A stretch of DNA of 64,000 nucleotides from an uncultured Methylomirabilota bacterium (GTDB taxonomy: Bacteria; Methylomirabilota; Methylomirabilia; Methylomirabilales; 2-02-FULL-66-22): positions 2,432,001 through 2,496,000 of the forward strand of contig OY970067.1 in NCBI GenBank assembly GCA_963705305.1, in the 5' to 3' direction. The notes below the pieces were generated by a model. It made no database searches. It was given only the letters and a program-made list of their open reading frames with translations, and was not told the origin of the DNA. The position numbers and the translations under genes were made by a program. Shown here one piece after another: positions 52,920 to 62,572 of the stretch (position 1 is its first letter; each line of letters starts with the position of its first letter).

Positions 52920-54191
52920 CTAGATGAACCTTTTTACGGCCCGCTTCTTCCATATCATCGGCAGGATGAGGTTCAGGACATCATCCACCGTGATGATGCC
53001 CAGCAGCTCACCCTCGCCGCTCACCACCGGAACAGCCAACAGGTTGTACTTCGTCTGGAGTTCCGCTACCTGGCGGAGTTCTGTCTCGGGCTGCACGCTT
53101 GCCACGTCCGTGTGCATGATCTGTTCCAGACGCTGGCTCGGGTCGGCCAGGATGAGCTCCCGCAGACTCAGAACGCCCAGCAGCCGCTCCCGGTCGTCGG
53201 TTACGTACAGGTAGTAGATGGTCTCGGCGTCCTTGGCCTCGTCCCGGATGCGCTGGATGGCCTCGGCCACGGTGAGGTCCGGCCGGAAGGCCACGTGCTC
53301 CGTTGTCATGAGGCCGCCGCCGGTGTCCTCCTCGTGCTCCAGCAGCTCCTCGACCTCATGCGCCTCCTTCGGCTCCATGGTTTCCAGGAGCTCTTCGGCC
53401 TTGTGCTCGGGCAGGTCGCTCAGGATGTCGGCCGCCTCGTCCGGCTCCATCTCCTCCAGGATGTCCGCCGCGCGCTCCGGCTCCATCATCTGGACGACCG
53501 ACGCCTGGACCTCCGGCTCGGCTTCGGTGATGGTCTCGGCGGCGGTGGACTCGTCCAGGGCGCCCAGCAGGGCGGCCCGCTCGCCGGGATTCAGCTCTTC
53601 CAGAATGTCTGCGATATCGGCCGGGTGCAGCTTGGCCAGCTTCGTGTAGACGGCCTGGCGCTTGGCCCGGGTCAGCTCCGTCTCGACCGGCTCCATCGCC
53701 TCCCAGGGGACCAGCTCGCGAGGGAGTTCCTTGCCCAGCCAGGCTCCCAGCCGCTCGGCCAACCGCTCGGATTTCAGGTGGCGGAGCAACCCCCGCAGGC
53801 CGCCCTCGACGCCGGTGATCCGCAGGCGACCCTCCTGCACCTCGAACTCGACGTCGTTGACCCGGAGCACCTTCTTGCGCGCGGTGTCCACCACTTTCTT
53901 GTCGAGGACGTTCCTGGCCAGCCGCATCTCGTTCGGGCGGAGCGGGAGGGGAGTGAGGCTGGCCAGCGTCCCACGCAGGCGAAGGGGGGCGTCAGGGTCG
54001 GCGGGGAGCTCGGCCACCGCCTCCCATGACAGCAGGATGTCGTCGCGATCGGGCCGGTGCAACAGGAATTTGGTCACCTGGGGATGGGTGCCCAGGGCCA
54101 GGACGACGAGATCTTCCACCTGTCCGGCATCGGCCCCCTGGGAGTCCACCACGGGGCGGTGGCGCAGTTGAGTCAGGGAAAAGGTCGGCAT
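52920..54191 (-). CDS. Soluble MgtE-like protein (PRC barrels + MgtE N-domain + CBS pair)
   Basis: LHPADIADILEEL, MEPDEAADIL, GGLMTTE, LLGIITVDDV; no TM domain. Confidence 0.88.
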   Translation of the reverse strand: MPTFSLTQLRHRPVVDSQGADAGQVEDLVVLALGTHPQVTKFLLHRPDRDDILLSWEAVAELPADPDAPLRLRGTLASLTPLPLRPNEMRLARNVLDKKVVDTARKKVLRVNDVEFEVQEGRLRITGVEGGLRGLLRHLKSERLAERLGAWLGKELPRELVPWEAMEPVETELTRAKRQAVYTKLAKLHPADIADILEELNPGERAALLGALDESTAAETITEAEPEVQASVVQMMEPERAADILEEMEPDEAADILSDLPEHKAEELLETMEPKEAHEVEELLEHEEDTGGGLMTTEHVAFRPDLTVAEAIQRIRDEAKDAETIYYLYVTDDRERLLGVLSLRELILADPSQRLEQIMHTDVASVQPETELRQVAELQTKYNLLAVPVVSGEGELLGIITVDDVLNLILPMIWKKRAVKRFI

Positions 54192-54202
54192 GGCCTGCCA
54201 TC

Positions 54203-54838
54203 CTACTCTGTGGGCTCGACGGGGGTCCGGACCGCGCGGCGGACTTCCTGCATGGACAGGCGCAGGCGGATGTGCCCGCGCGCGGGCTCCAGCCGGTCCA
54301 CGAGATTCCAGCGGATGACGCGGCCGGGCATCCGGCGATTGACCGGGCGCAGCAAGAACAGGAGACCCCAGCGGTGCCCGAGGCGCGTCAGGAAACCGCG
54401 CAGCCCGGTATCCACCCCCCACAAGCGCAACGATCCGTCGGAAAAATCCATGGCAATGTCGTTTACTCGCTGGACCTTGAACCCCAGGCGATCGACCACC
54501 TGTTGGTCCATGATGTGCTTCCGCAGGAGGATCTCGCCGGACTCCATGGGCGATGGGGTCAGTTCGGCCGAGGTGCGCCGCAGGCGGATGGAGCGCATCT
54601 CCAGGGTTTCAACGGCATCCCATGGAAGGACGAGCAGGTCGCCGAACCGGCCCTGACCGGCGGCGTGGCGGCCCCGGCCGCGACGGACGAGCAGATGATG
54701 GACGACCGGGCCCTCAGGGCAGGAGGACGTGGGCCTGGCGGCCAGATCGAGGAGGGCCCCCACGGGACATCCATCCCGGTCCACCACCGGCTTGTGCAGA
54801 AGATCCTTGTAGAAGCTCACATCGCCGCGGCTGGCCAT
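54203..54838 (-). CDS. Tandem PRC-barrel-like protein, paralogous to the N-terminus of the next gene
   Basis: KPVVDRDG..VG..DL; DQQVVD..KVQRVNDI; GVDTGLRGFL. Confidence 0.75.
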   Translation of the reverse strand: MASRGDVSFYKDLLHKPVVDRDGCPVGALLDLAARPTSSCPEGPVVHHLLVRRGRGRHAAGQGRFGDLLVLPWDAVETLEMRSIRLRRTSAELTPSPMESGEILLRKHIMDQQVVDRLGFKVQRVNDIAMDFSDGSLRLWGVDTGLRGFLTRLGHRWGLLFLLRPVNRRMPGRVIRWNLVDRLEPARGHIRLRLSMQEVRRAVRTPVEPTE

Positions 54839-55234
54839 CGGGGTGGCGTTCCCTCAGCCGGAGTCCTGCCCCGCCGGGCAGAACCTTACCCGATCCTGCT
54901 CAGAGGGTATCTCTCGATAACGGCCTTCCTGGATGCGCCGACATCCGGTGGTACTATATGGGCCTTTTGTACTGCGCTGTCCGGTGACTGTCAACCCATT
55001 TTCTGGCTGATTTTCCTGTTTTTTCGCTAGGTTGACGCTTGTCCCGCCGGCTCGGGTTGATCGGGGGGAAAGATTCTCCGTGCCTGTCGGCTGCCGGTGA
55101 TGTCGCCGAGGGGCCGTCGCTTGCCGGGGCAGGAGTCGTTTGATATGCTAGTTTCCCTTATCTCTCCGGAGACCCGGCCGAGAGGGGTGGACTCTTCACG
55201 GGCCGGAGTCGGGGGGTTGTCCCAGGATGGAACG

Positions 55235-55690
55235 GTGAGACCGGAAGCCGATGCGAGCCAGGCCAAGGAGATCCGTGCCTCGGTGGCGGCATGTGTGATG
55301 AGCCCGGAGGGGAGGATCCTGCTGCAGCGTCGGTCAGACAACGGGCGCTGGGGACTCCCGGGCGGATCGGTGGAGATCGGGGAGTCCGTTTCGCAGGCCC
55401 TCCTGCGGGAGGTCCTCGAGGAGACCGGCCTGAGGGTCGAGGCGGTACGCCTGGTGGGTGTCTACTCCGATCCGGCCCTCCAGGTCGTGCGATACCCGGA
55501 CGACAACGTGGTCCACTACGTCAACCTATTCTTCGAGTGCCGGATTTTGGGCGGCAGCCTGGCGACCTGCGAGGAGACGCTCGAGCTCCGGTTCTTCGAT
55601 CCGGCCGATCTCCCGCCCGACGTTCTCCCCATGCATCGGATCCGAATCCAGGATGCTCTGGCACAGCGACCGGCCGCGTTCGTCCGATGA
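55235..55690 (+). CDS. NUDIX hydrolase; start approximate
   Basis: LLQRRSDNGRWGLPGGSVEIGES..ALLREVLEETG Nudix box. Confidence 0.9.
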   Translation: MRPEADASQAKEIRASVAACVMSPEGRILLQRRSDNGRWGLPGGSVEIGESVSQALLREVLEETGLRVEAVRLVGVYSDPALQVVRYPDDNVVHYVNLFFECRILGGSLATCEETLELRFFDPADLPPDVLPMHRIRIQDALAQRPAAFVR

Positions 55691-55718
55691 CCGGCATGGC
55701 GTGGGCGGCATCGTCCCG

Positions 55719-55997
55719 TCACACGAGCATTTGCACGGCCCCGGCCAGGGCGAGGTCCTTGCTGGTGATCCCTCCGGCGTCATGCGTGGAAAGCGTCAGG
55801 GTGACCCGGTTGTAGGTGACAGCAATATCCGGATGGTGGCCGGCCCTCTCGGCCATGGCCGCCACACTGTTCACGAAAAACATCGCCTCCTTGAAGTCCT
55901 TGAAGACGAACTGCTGCTGGATCGCGTTACCCGCCAGCTTCCAGCCCTTGAGGCGGGCCAACCGCCCTTTGATTGCCGCAGCACTCAGCTTCGCCAT
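55719..55997 (-). CDS. phhB: Pterin-4-alpha-carbinolamine dehydratase
   Basis: AERAGHHPDI..YNRV..LSTHDAGGIT..D. Confidence 0.92.
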   Translation of the reverse strand: MAKLSAAAIKGRLARLKGWKLAGNAIQQQFVFKDFKEAMFFVNSVAAMAERAGHHPDIAVTYNRVTLTLSTHDAGGITSKDLALAGAVQMLV

Positions 55998-56191
55998 TGT
56001 TTCCTCCCATTCGATCGATGTTTTCAGGGAGCCTGGTTGAGCGCGGGACTCCTTCATCTATCCTAGCGTGGCAAGGTCGGGGGCGGAAGCCCTGCGCTCG
56101 GGGGGAGATTTCCTCAGAAGGCGGGGGGACTTCTTTCATGTCCTTCCGCGGTTGGCCTGCTCCCGTCGTGGGTTGTGGGCTGGCACGAACT

Positions 56192-56258
56192 TTGTCTGTT
56201 TGACAGACAATTGGCGCTGTGGTAGATAAGTTAGCCTGGTTATCATGATGTATAAACA
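56192..56258 (+). promoter_or_regulatory. Promoter and candidate operators of the ilvD-GntR operon
   Basis: TTGACA(56200)-17-TAGATA with extended TG; perfect IR TTGTCTGT-ttg-ACAGACAA; HutC-type TGTATAAACA at 56249. Confidence 0.6.
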
Positions 56259-56306
56259 GGATTGGCTGCGGGCTCTTTATTCCGTCCGCTTTCTGAAGGT
56301 TCCGAG

Positions 56307-57995
56307 ATGCCGCAAGAACTAAACCGGCGAAGCCGCGACCTGCACGACTCACTGGAGCGGACAGCTCACCGAGCGTTGCTCCACACCATCGGTGTCAGCC
56401 ACGAGGATATGGCGAAGCCCCTGGTGGCCGTCGTGAACTCCTGGACCGACGTGGTCCCGGGGCACCTCCACCTGCGGGCCTTGGGGGAGCTGGTCAAACA
56501 GGGAGTGCGGGAGGCCGGGGGGATGCCCTTGGAGTTCGACACCATCGCCGTCTGCGACGGCATGGCCCAGGGGCACATCGGGATGAGCTATTCGCTGCCC
56601 AGCCGCGAGGCCATCGCCGATACGGTGGAGATCATGCTGGAGGGGCATCGGTTCGATGCGGCGGTGATGGTCTCCAGCTGCGACAAGATCGAGCCGGGGC
56701 ACCTCATGGCGGCCCTCCGGGTGAATATCCCCACGGTCGTGCTGACGGGCGGGCCGATGGAGGCCGGGACGTACAAGGAACACACCGACATCACCCTCTC
56801 CACCATGCGGGAGTTCGCCGGGCAGGTGAAGCTGGGGAAGCTCACGCGGGAGGAATTAACCGAGATCGAGAAGGCGGCGCTGCCCGGACCGGGCTCCTGC
56901 TCCATGATGGGAACGGCCAATACCATGGGATGCCTGATCGAGGCTCTGGGGATGTCGCCCACCGGCTGCGGGACCATGTTGGCCATCGACCCCCTGCGTC
57001 CGGCCCTGGCCCGGGAGGCCGGACACCTGGTGATCGAGTGCCTAAAGAAGGGGCTGACGCCGCGCACCATCGTGACCCGCCAGGCTGTCGAGAATGCCAT
57101 GATGGTGGATATGGCCCTGGGCGGGTCCACCAACAGCGTCCTGCACCTTTTGGCCATCGCGCATGAAGCGGGCATTTCCCTGGAACTGGACGAGTTCGAC
57201 GCCGTGGCGCGCCGCGTGCCGCACCTCTGCAACGTCAAGCCCTCGGGACAGTACGCCGTAGGCCGCCTGGACCAGGCGGGAGGGGTCCCCGCCTTGATGC
57301 ACGAACTGCGGGATCTCCTGCATCTGGACCTTCCCACCGTCACCGGCCAGGTCCTGCGCGAGAATATCGCGGGGGCGGTGGTGCGGGACCGCGAGCTGAT
57401 CCGGCCGCTGTCCGATCCCCTCCACCCCCAAGGCGGGCTGGCGATCCTGCGGGGCAGTCTGGCCCCGGACGGGGCGGTGGTGAAACAGACGGCGGTGCGC
57501 TTCGAGAATATGCTGACCCACCGGGGGCCGGCTCGCGTCTTCGAAAGCATGGAAGAGGCGGTCCGCGCCTTCCTGGGAGACGTGGTGCGGCCGGGCGAGG
57601 TGGTGGTGGTGCGCTACGAGGGACCCAAGGGGGGACCGGGGATGCGCGAGATGCACCAGATCACCGCCATCATGGTGGGCATGGGGCTGGACGAACATTG
57701 CGGCCTGGTGACGGACGGCCGGTTCTCCGGCTCCACCCGGGGGCCCTGCATCGGCCATATCTCACCCGAGGCGGCTGAGGGTGGTCCCCTCGCGCTGGTC
57801 CGCGACGGAGATCTGATCGCGTACGATATCCCCAACCGGCGCCTGGATCTCTTGGTGCCGGCGGATGAATTGACCCGGCGCCGGTCGGTCTGGCAGCCGA
57901 AGAAACGCGAATTGCGAGGCATCCTGGCGCGCTACGCGCGCCTCGCCGAATCGGCCTCGAAGGGCGCCATCTTGCGGGAACCAACAGACGGGTGA
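56307..57995 (+). CDS. ilvD: Dihydroxy-acid dehydratase (IlvD/Edd family)
   Basis: VCDGMAQGH, CDKIEPG, GSCSMMGTANTM, GGSTN, GPKGGPGMREM, TDGRFSG. Confidence 0.9.
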   Translation: MPQELNRRSRDLHDSLERTAHRALLHTIGVSHEDMAKPLVAVVNSWTDVVPGHLHLRALGELVKQGVREAGGMPLEFDTIAVCDGMAQGHIGMSYSLPSREAIADTVEIMLEGHRFDAAVMVSSCDKIEPGHLMAALRVNIPTVVLTGGPMEAGTYKEHTDITLSTMREFAGQVKLGKLTREELTEIEKAALPGPGSCSMMGTANTMGCLIEALGMSPTGCGTMLAIDPLRPALAREAGHLVIECLKKGLTPRTIVTRQAVENAMMVDMALGGSTNSVLHLLAIAHEAGISLELDEFDAVARRVPHLCNVKPSGQYAVGRLDQAGGVPALMHELRDLLHLDLPTVTGQVLRENIAGAVVRDRELIRPLSDPLHPQGGLAILRGSLAPDGAVVKQTAVRFENMLTHRGPARVFESMEEAVRAFLGDVVRPGEVVVVRYEGPKGGPGMREMHQITAIMVGMGLDEHCGLVTDGRFSGSTRGPCIGHISPEAAEGGPLALVRDGDLIAYDIPNRRLDLLVPADELTRRRSVWQPKKRELRGILARYARLAESASKGAILREPTDG

Positions 57996-58001
57996 GGGAC
58001 C

Positions 58002-58823
58002 ATGAGCAAGGCGGAAGAAACAGGCACGCGAGAAGGGCGAAGCGGGCGGCATTCGGCCAGCACGTTTCCCAACCGGTTCATTCCACTCTATTATCAGCTT
58101 GAGAACATCCTGCGATCCAAGATCGAGGGTGGGGAGATCCTGCCGCACCACAAGCTGCCGACGGAGCAGGAGCTCTCCCGGGAATACAAGATCAGCCGAG
58201 CCACCGTGCGCCAGGCGCTGGCGGCTCTGGTCTCGGAAGGCCTGCTGTACCGGAAGCAGGGGAAGGGCACCTTCGTCACCGAGAAGGCCACCCAAACGAA
58301 GTCGGTCAAGCTGACGGGGTTCACCGAGGACCTGTTCTCGGAGGGACACCAGGCCGAGGTGAAGATCATGGAGATCCGGCCCGCCCCGGCGCCGGAACGG
58401 GTGGCCGCGGCCCTCCGGGTGCCGACAGGCGAGGAGGTCATCCGCTTCAAGCGGGTGCGCTCCGTGGACGGGGCCCCCTTCTCCTATGTGATCAACTACC
58501 TGCTGCCGGAGGTCGGGTCGAAGATCTCCGAGCGGGACCTCCAGCAGCACACCATGCTGCACCTCCTCGAGGAGAGGTTGGGCATTTCGCTGGGGACGAT
58601 CCGCCACTCCGTGGAGGCGATCAAGGCTGACGTCGAGGTGGCGTCACTCCTCGGGGTGAGCGTGTTCGATCCGGTGCTGTACATGGAGACCGCCGTGTAC
58701 GCCGCCGAGGGACAGCCGGTGGAAACGGTAGATACCTACTTCCGCTCCGACCGGTACCGGTACACGGTGGAATTGATCCGCAGCCAGCAGCTCCGCAAGG
58801 ATCGAGGCAAGCGGACGCGGTGA
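58002..58823 (+). CDS. GntR-family regulator, HutC subfamily (UTRA domain)
   Basis: PLYYQL, LPTEQEL..ISRATVRQAL, QGKGTFV; C-terminal UTRA ending FRSDRY. Confidence 0.92.
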   Translation: MSKAEETGTREGRSGRHSASTFPNRFIPLYYQLENILRSKIEGGEILPHHKLPTEQELSREYKISRATVRQALAALVSEGLLYRKQGKGTFVTEKATQTKSVKLTGFTEDLFSEGHQAEVKIMEIRPAPAPERVAAALRVPTGEEVIRFKRVRSVDGAPFSYVINYLLPEVGSKISERDLQQHTMLHLLEERLGISLGTIRHSVEAIKADVEVASLLGVSVFDPVLYMETAVYAAEGQPVETVDTYFRSDRYRYTVELIRSQQLRKDRGKRTR

Positions 58824-58937
58824 GGCCGAGGCAGGCGTCGGCCGTCACTCGGGAACGGATGGCCACGGAACATTCAATGGCCGCCCCATGCGGGCGGCCA
58901 TATATTTTCGCTGCTGATCGCTGATCTCTTATGGCTC

Positions 58938-59882
58938 TCAGAGGTACTGCCCGTAGCGGATCTTCTCGATGATCTCCTTGGTTTTTCGATAGTCCTCGAT
59001 CGCCCGCTGCATCTCCTGGGTCGTCACCGCCCCCGGCGCGCTTCCTGCGCCTTCCTGGTGGACTTTGCTCTCCAGGGCTTTCTGGACGATGGCGGCGATA
59101 TCGGCGCTGCTCATCTTGACCATCCATGCCAGGATGGCGTCACTGTCCAGGTCGGCGAAGAGCTTCCGGCCGGCAATGGCCTCCGCACGGGCGACATGGA
59201 TTCGAAGAATCTCCACCTTTTCGTCGCTTTCAGGGAGGGGAACCTCGATCATGCGGTCGATGCGCCCGGGGCGAATCAGGGTGGGATCCACGACGTTCGG
59301 GGCGGTTCGTGGAGGCGACCGCCAACACGTCGCCCGGTTGGCCGAGGTCGTCGAGATGCTCGCCCACGCTGTTCACAAGCCGGCGGCTGGCGATCCGGAG
59401 CTCCTCCGGGGCGGCGCGCTCGAAGACCAAATCGTCGATCTCGTCCAGGAACAGGATGCAGCGTCCGCACTCCTTGACCTGGGCAAACACCTCTTGGAGG
59501 ACATCCACCGAGTCCGCGTACCATTTCGTCACGACGTTCGTCACGCGCACATGGAGAAAGGCCGCGTCGGCCTCGCCTGCCAGCGCCTTGGCCAGCAGGG
59601 TCTTGCCGGTCCCCGGGGGGCCGTAGAGCACACACCTCTGGGCGGCTGGGTTCCCCATTTCCTGTGCAGATCCGGATTCTTCAGGGCGGAGACTAGGCCG
59701 CCGACTTCCTGCTTGGCCCGGCTCAACCCCCCGATATCCTTGAAGGAGACATCCGGCGGTATGGCGAACTCGATCTTTCCTTTCATGTCGCCAAAGCGTT
59801 TGGCCAGGCTGGTCAGGAAATCCTCAAGCTTTCGCTGGAGCATCTCACGCGTGTGACCGGTCAGCATCTTCTTTTCGGCCAT
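58938..59882 (-). pseudogene. Proteasome-ATPase-like AAA+ protein with C-terminal GQYL; two frameshifts
   Basis: VSFKDIGGL, LYGPPGTGKT, LFLDEID, STNRP, DPTLIRPGRID, ends ..IRYGQYL; frame changes near 59631 and 59296. Confidence 0.82.
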
Positions 59883-59944
59883 CGGGAATGCTCTCCTTGT
59901 GCCGCGGCCGGGACCTGCAGCCGCAGGCGACGGCATGTCCGTCC

Positions 59945-60544
59945 TCAGTCTTCCACCGAGCCGGCGGCCTGAAAGAACGAATCCTGCATCTTCTGCATCA
60001 GGGTGGGGATATCGGTAGTCAGGATGACCAAGTCATGTTTGCGGCCGTGCAGGTCGACGACCTGGTTGGCCAGTCGAGCTTCCTGCTCAAAGCCCAGCTT
60101 CCTGAAGATTGTGATGGCGGCCGCTTGGTCCGCTGCCATTTCGGCCACCATCTTGTCCAGCCCGCCCTGGAGCGCCAAGTAGAAGATCTCTCGGGCCAGG
60201 GCGGTGGCCAGGCCACGGCGACGGTAGCGCGCGTCGGTGACCACACGGATCTGGGCGATGTGACGCATCCACCCGTCAGTCTGTCGGTGCAGCGTCGCGT
60301 CCCCGGCGATCCGTCCCTCGTGTTCAGCCAGGATGGGCAGCACTCGGGCGTAGTTGAGATTGCGGCTCCAAGCCTCCACGGTCTCGGACCGGGTGACGTC
60401 GTCTTTGAGAAACTGCCGGTCCTCCGGCGGAAGCCGGCGGAAGAAATCCAGGAGCGCCGGTCCGTCCTCGGACACCATCGGCCGCAGGGTGACCACGGTC
60501 CCGTCGCGGAGCGTGATGTGCTTGGGGTATTCCCGGAGCAGCAT
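59945..60544 (-). CDS. GNAT-family acetyltransferase
   Basis: LRDGTVVTLRPM, YRRRGLAT, FRKLGF. Confidence 0.88.
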   Translation of the reverse strand: MLLREYPKHITLRDGTVVTLRPMVSEDGPALLDFFRRLPPEDRQFLKDDVTRSETVEAWSRNLNYARVLPILAEHEGRIAGDATLHRQTDGWMRHIAQIRVVTDARYRRRGLATALAREIFYLALQGGLDKMVAEMAADQAAAITIFRKLGFEQEARLANQVVDLHGRKHDLVILTTDIPTLMQKMQDSFFQAAGSVED

Positions 60545-60780
60545 GGCGGCCCTCCCGTAAATCGGTTGCAGGCAGGGTCCCACTTCGCTGACAACGCTAT
60601 CAGAGGCCGGAGTGGCAGGCAAGAGGGCAAAGCGGCGGCCTCTTGGATGTCAGGAAGTACAGGCGAGGGGGGAGAGGGGGCGCACCGCTACGCTCGGGCG
60701 AATGGGAGCGGGGGTGCAGGGGCGCAGAGGCGCAGCCTCCGGCCCGGAGGGAGGCGAAGAGGTGCAGGGCCGGGGAGCCG

Positions 60781-60840
60781 TCAGGCGGCGAGGAGCGTCG
60801 CGAGCATCCGGGCGTTCGTGACGGCCTGGCCCCGGGCATG
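60781..60840 (-). repeat. Diverged duplicate of the last 20 codons of the DUF72 gene
   Basis: 51/60 nt identical to 60876-60935; encodes HARGQAVTNARMLATLLAA*. Confidence 0.85.
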
Positions 60841-60875
60841 CCACCCGAGGGCAGGCCCCGCAAGTGGAGAAGCGA

Positions 60876-61646
60876 TCAGCCAGCCAGGAGCGCGGCGAGC
60901 ATCCGGGCATTGGTCACGGCCTGGCCTCGGGCATGATTGTTAAAAAACGTATAGCATTTCTGCACGGCCTCGGCCAGCGAGCGGATCTTGGGGATCCACT
61001 CCCGCAGCTCGGCCTCGTCATAAAGGTAATCGTATCGCTCCCAGGCCTGGGCATGGGTCCACCACTTCTGGTGATTTCGACCGTGAAACCGAACGTAGCC
61101 CGGCGGGGCGGTGGCTCGGACAACGGGGGGCGGCAGGTTCGGAAGGCGCGGCTCGTCCACGCAGCAATAGCCGACCCCCAGGCCGGCCAGCAGGCGGAAG
61201 GTATCCTCCGTCGTCCAGCTCCGATGCCGGAACTCCACCACGACGGGATCAGGGCGGAGGTCTTCGGCGATGCGCCGGAGATAGGCGGTGTTCTGGGGCG
61301 TGGCCTTGAAGGAGAAAGGAAACTGGACGAGAACGCAGGCGAGAACTCCGGCCTCCCGCAGGGGGGCCAGAGCCGCCTGGAAATGCGGGAGCGCCTGCGC
61401 GTACCTCTCCCGGGCGTGGGTCATCTCCTGATGGCACTTGACCGAGAACTCGACACGCCCCCCTGCGCGCTTGGCCATGGCCGCCATGGTGCGGGGTGGC
61501 GGGATATGATAGTAGGTGGAGTTGATCTCGACGGTAGGAAAATGCTTGGCATAAAAGTCGAGCATATCCTGCTGGCCGAGTCCGTCAGGGTAAAAGGGAC
61601 CGCGCCATTCGGGGTAGCTGAAGCCGCTGGTGCCAATCTTGATCAT
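60876..61646 (-). CDS. DUF72-family protein
   Basis: IGTSGFSY..W.G.FYP, VEINSTYY, VEFRHRSW, YVRFHGRN, FFNNH. Confidence 0.92.
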   Translation of the reverse strand: MIKIGTSGFSYPEWRGPFYPDGLGQQDMLDFYAKHFPTVEINSTYYHIPPPRTMAAMAKRAGGRVEFSVKCHQEMTHARERYAQALPHFQAALAPLREAGVLACVLVQFPFSFKATPQNTAYLRRIAEDLRPDPVVVEFRHRSWTTEDTFRLLAGLGVGYCCVDEPRLPNLPPPVVRATAPPGYVRFHGRNHQKWWTHAQAWERYDYLYDEAELREWIPKIRSLAEAVQKCYTFFNNHARGQAVTNARMLAALLAG

Positions 61647-61683
61647 GGCCGACCCAAGCTCGGAGGCGCAGAAGCCCATCGCA

Positions 61684-62022
61684 TCAGGCCAGCTTGACAC
61701 CATTGGGGACCGGCCGCTCGGGGATGGCCAGGACGACCGCTCCATCCGGCGTGCAGAAACCGGTGAGGAGAAACTCAGACCTGACAGGGCCGATCTGTTT
61801 GGGAGGGAAGTTGACGACACCGATGACCTGGCGGCCCACCAGGTCTTCTTTCCGGTAGAGATCAGTGATCCGGGCGCTGCACCGCTTGAGGCCGATCTCC
61901 GGTCCGAAGTCGGCCGTGATCTTGTAAGCGGGCTTGCGAGCCTCGGGGAAATCCTCCACCGTCACGATGGTCCCCGTCCGCAACTCGACCTGTTCAAATT
62001 GCTCCCACGTGATCGGAATCAT
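61684..62022 (-). CDS. csaA: CsaA tRNA-binding/chaperone protein
   Basis: [28 protein letters not shown]. Confidence 0.9.
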   Translation of the reverse strand: MIPITWEQFEQVELRTGTIVTVEDFPEARKPAYKITADFGPEIGLKRCSARITDLYRKEDLVGRQVIGVVNFPPKQIGPVRSEFLLTGFCTPDGAVVLAIPERPVPNGVKLA

Positions 62023-62089
62023 TCGGGTGCACTCCTCGCATGCATGATGGAAATGGTAGGGTGAACGTTCTGCCGGCAGCGCCCCCTCG

Positions 62090-62503
62090 TTACGCCGATC
62101 TACGAAAGCCCTCGTAGCCGCTCTCGAATGCCGCCTTTCCCTCCCGCAGGAAATCCTCATACGACCAATCCGCGTCGCATAGCTCTCCCTCAAAGCCGGG
62201 GGAAAGTATATAGGTCCACGCCGCGACAGCGGCTCCCCCCTCGGGGATCACAGAGACTTCCGTTCTAATGTACATCTTTCCCTCGAAGCGATCGAGCCGG
62301 TCCAGCCCCTGCGCCGAGATGTCGAAGTAAAGCAGCCCCCGCACGGCGCTGCCCGCCTTGGCTCGAATGCCTGGATAGGGCCGGTCCCGCAAAATCTTTC
62401 GCTCGTAGTCGTAGAGCACCGCCGGAGCATGGCGGGGCAGCTCGCCCGCAACTTTCCGCATGATCTCGGGATCGATCAAGGTCCCGTAGGCGAACAGGTT
62501 CAT
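62090..62503 (-). CDS. Gamma-glutamylcyclotransferase (AIG2-like)
   Basis: LFAYGTL, YPG, LDRFEG..Y.R. Confidence 0.85.
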   Translation of the reverse strand: MNLFAYGTLIDPEIMRKVAGELPRHAPAVLYDYERKILRDRPYPGIRAKAGSAVRGLLYFDISAQGLDRLDRFEGKMYIRTEVSVIPEGGAAVAAWTYILSPGFEGELCDADWSYEDFLREGKAAFESGYEGFRRSA

Positions 62504-62572
62504 CTCGAGCCTCCGCATGTCTCCGCCCGTAGCCGCGTCCCGCCTCCCGGGTCGCAGCGGGCGGGCAGCGTC

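Noticed and set aside
60781..60935. Diversity-generating retroelement TR/VR pair
   Set aside because: Mismatches are at third codon positions rather than adenine-specific, and no reverse transcriptase is present.
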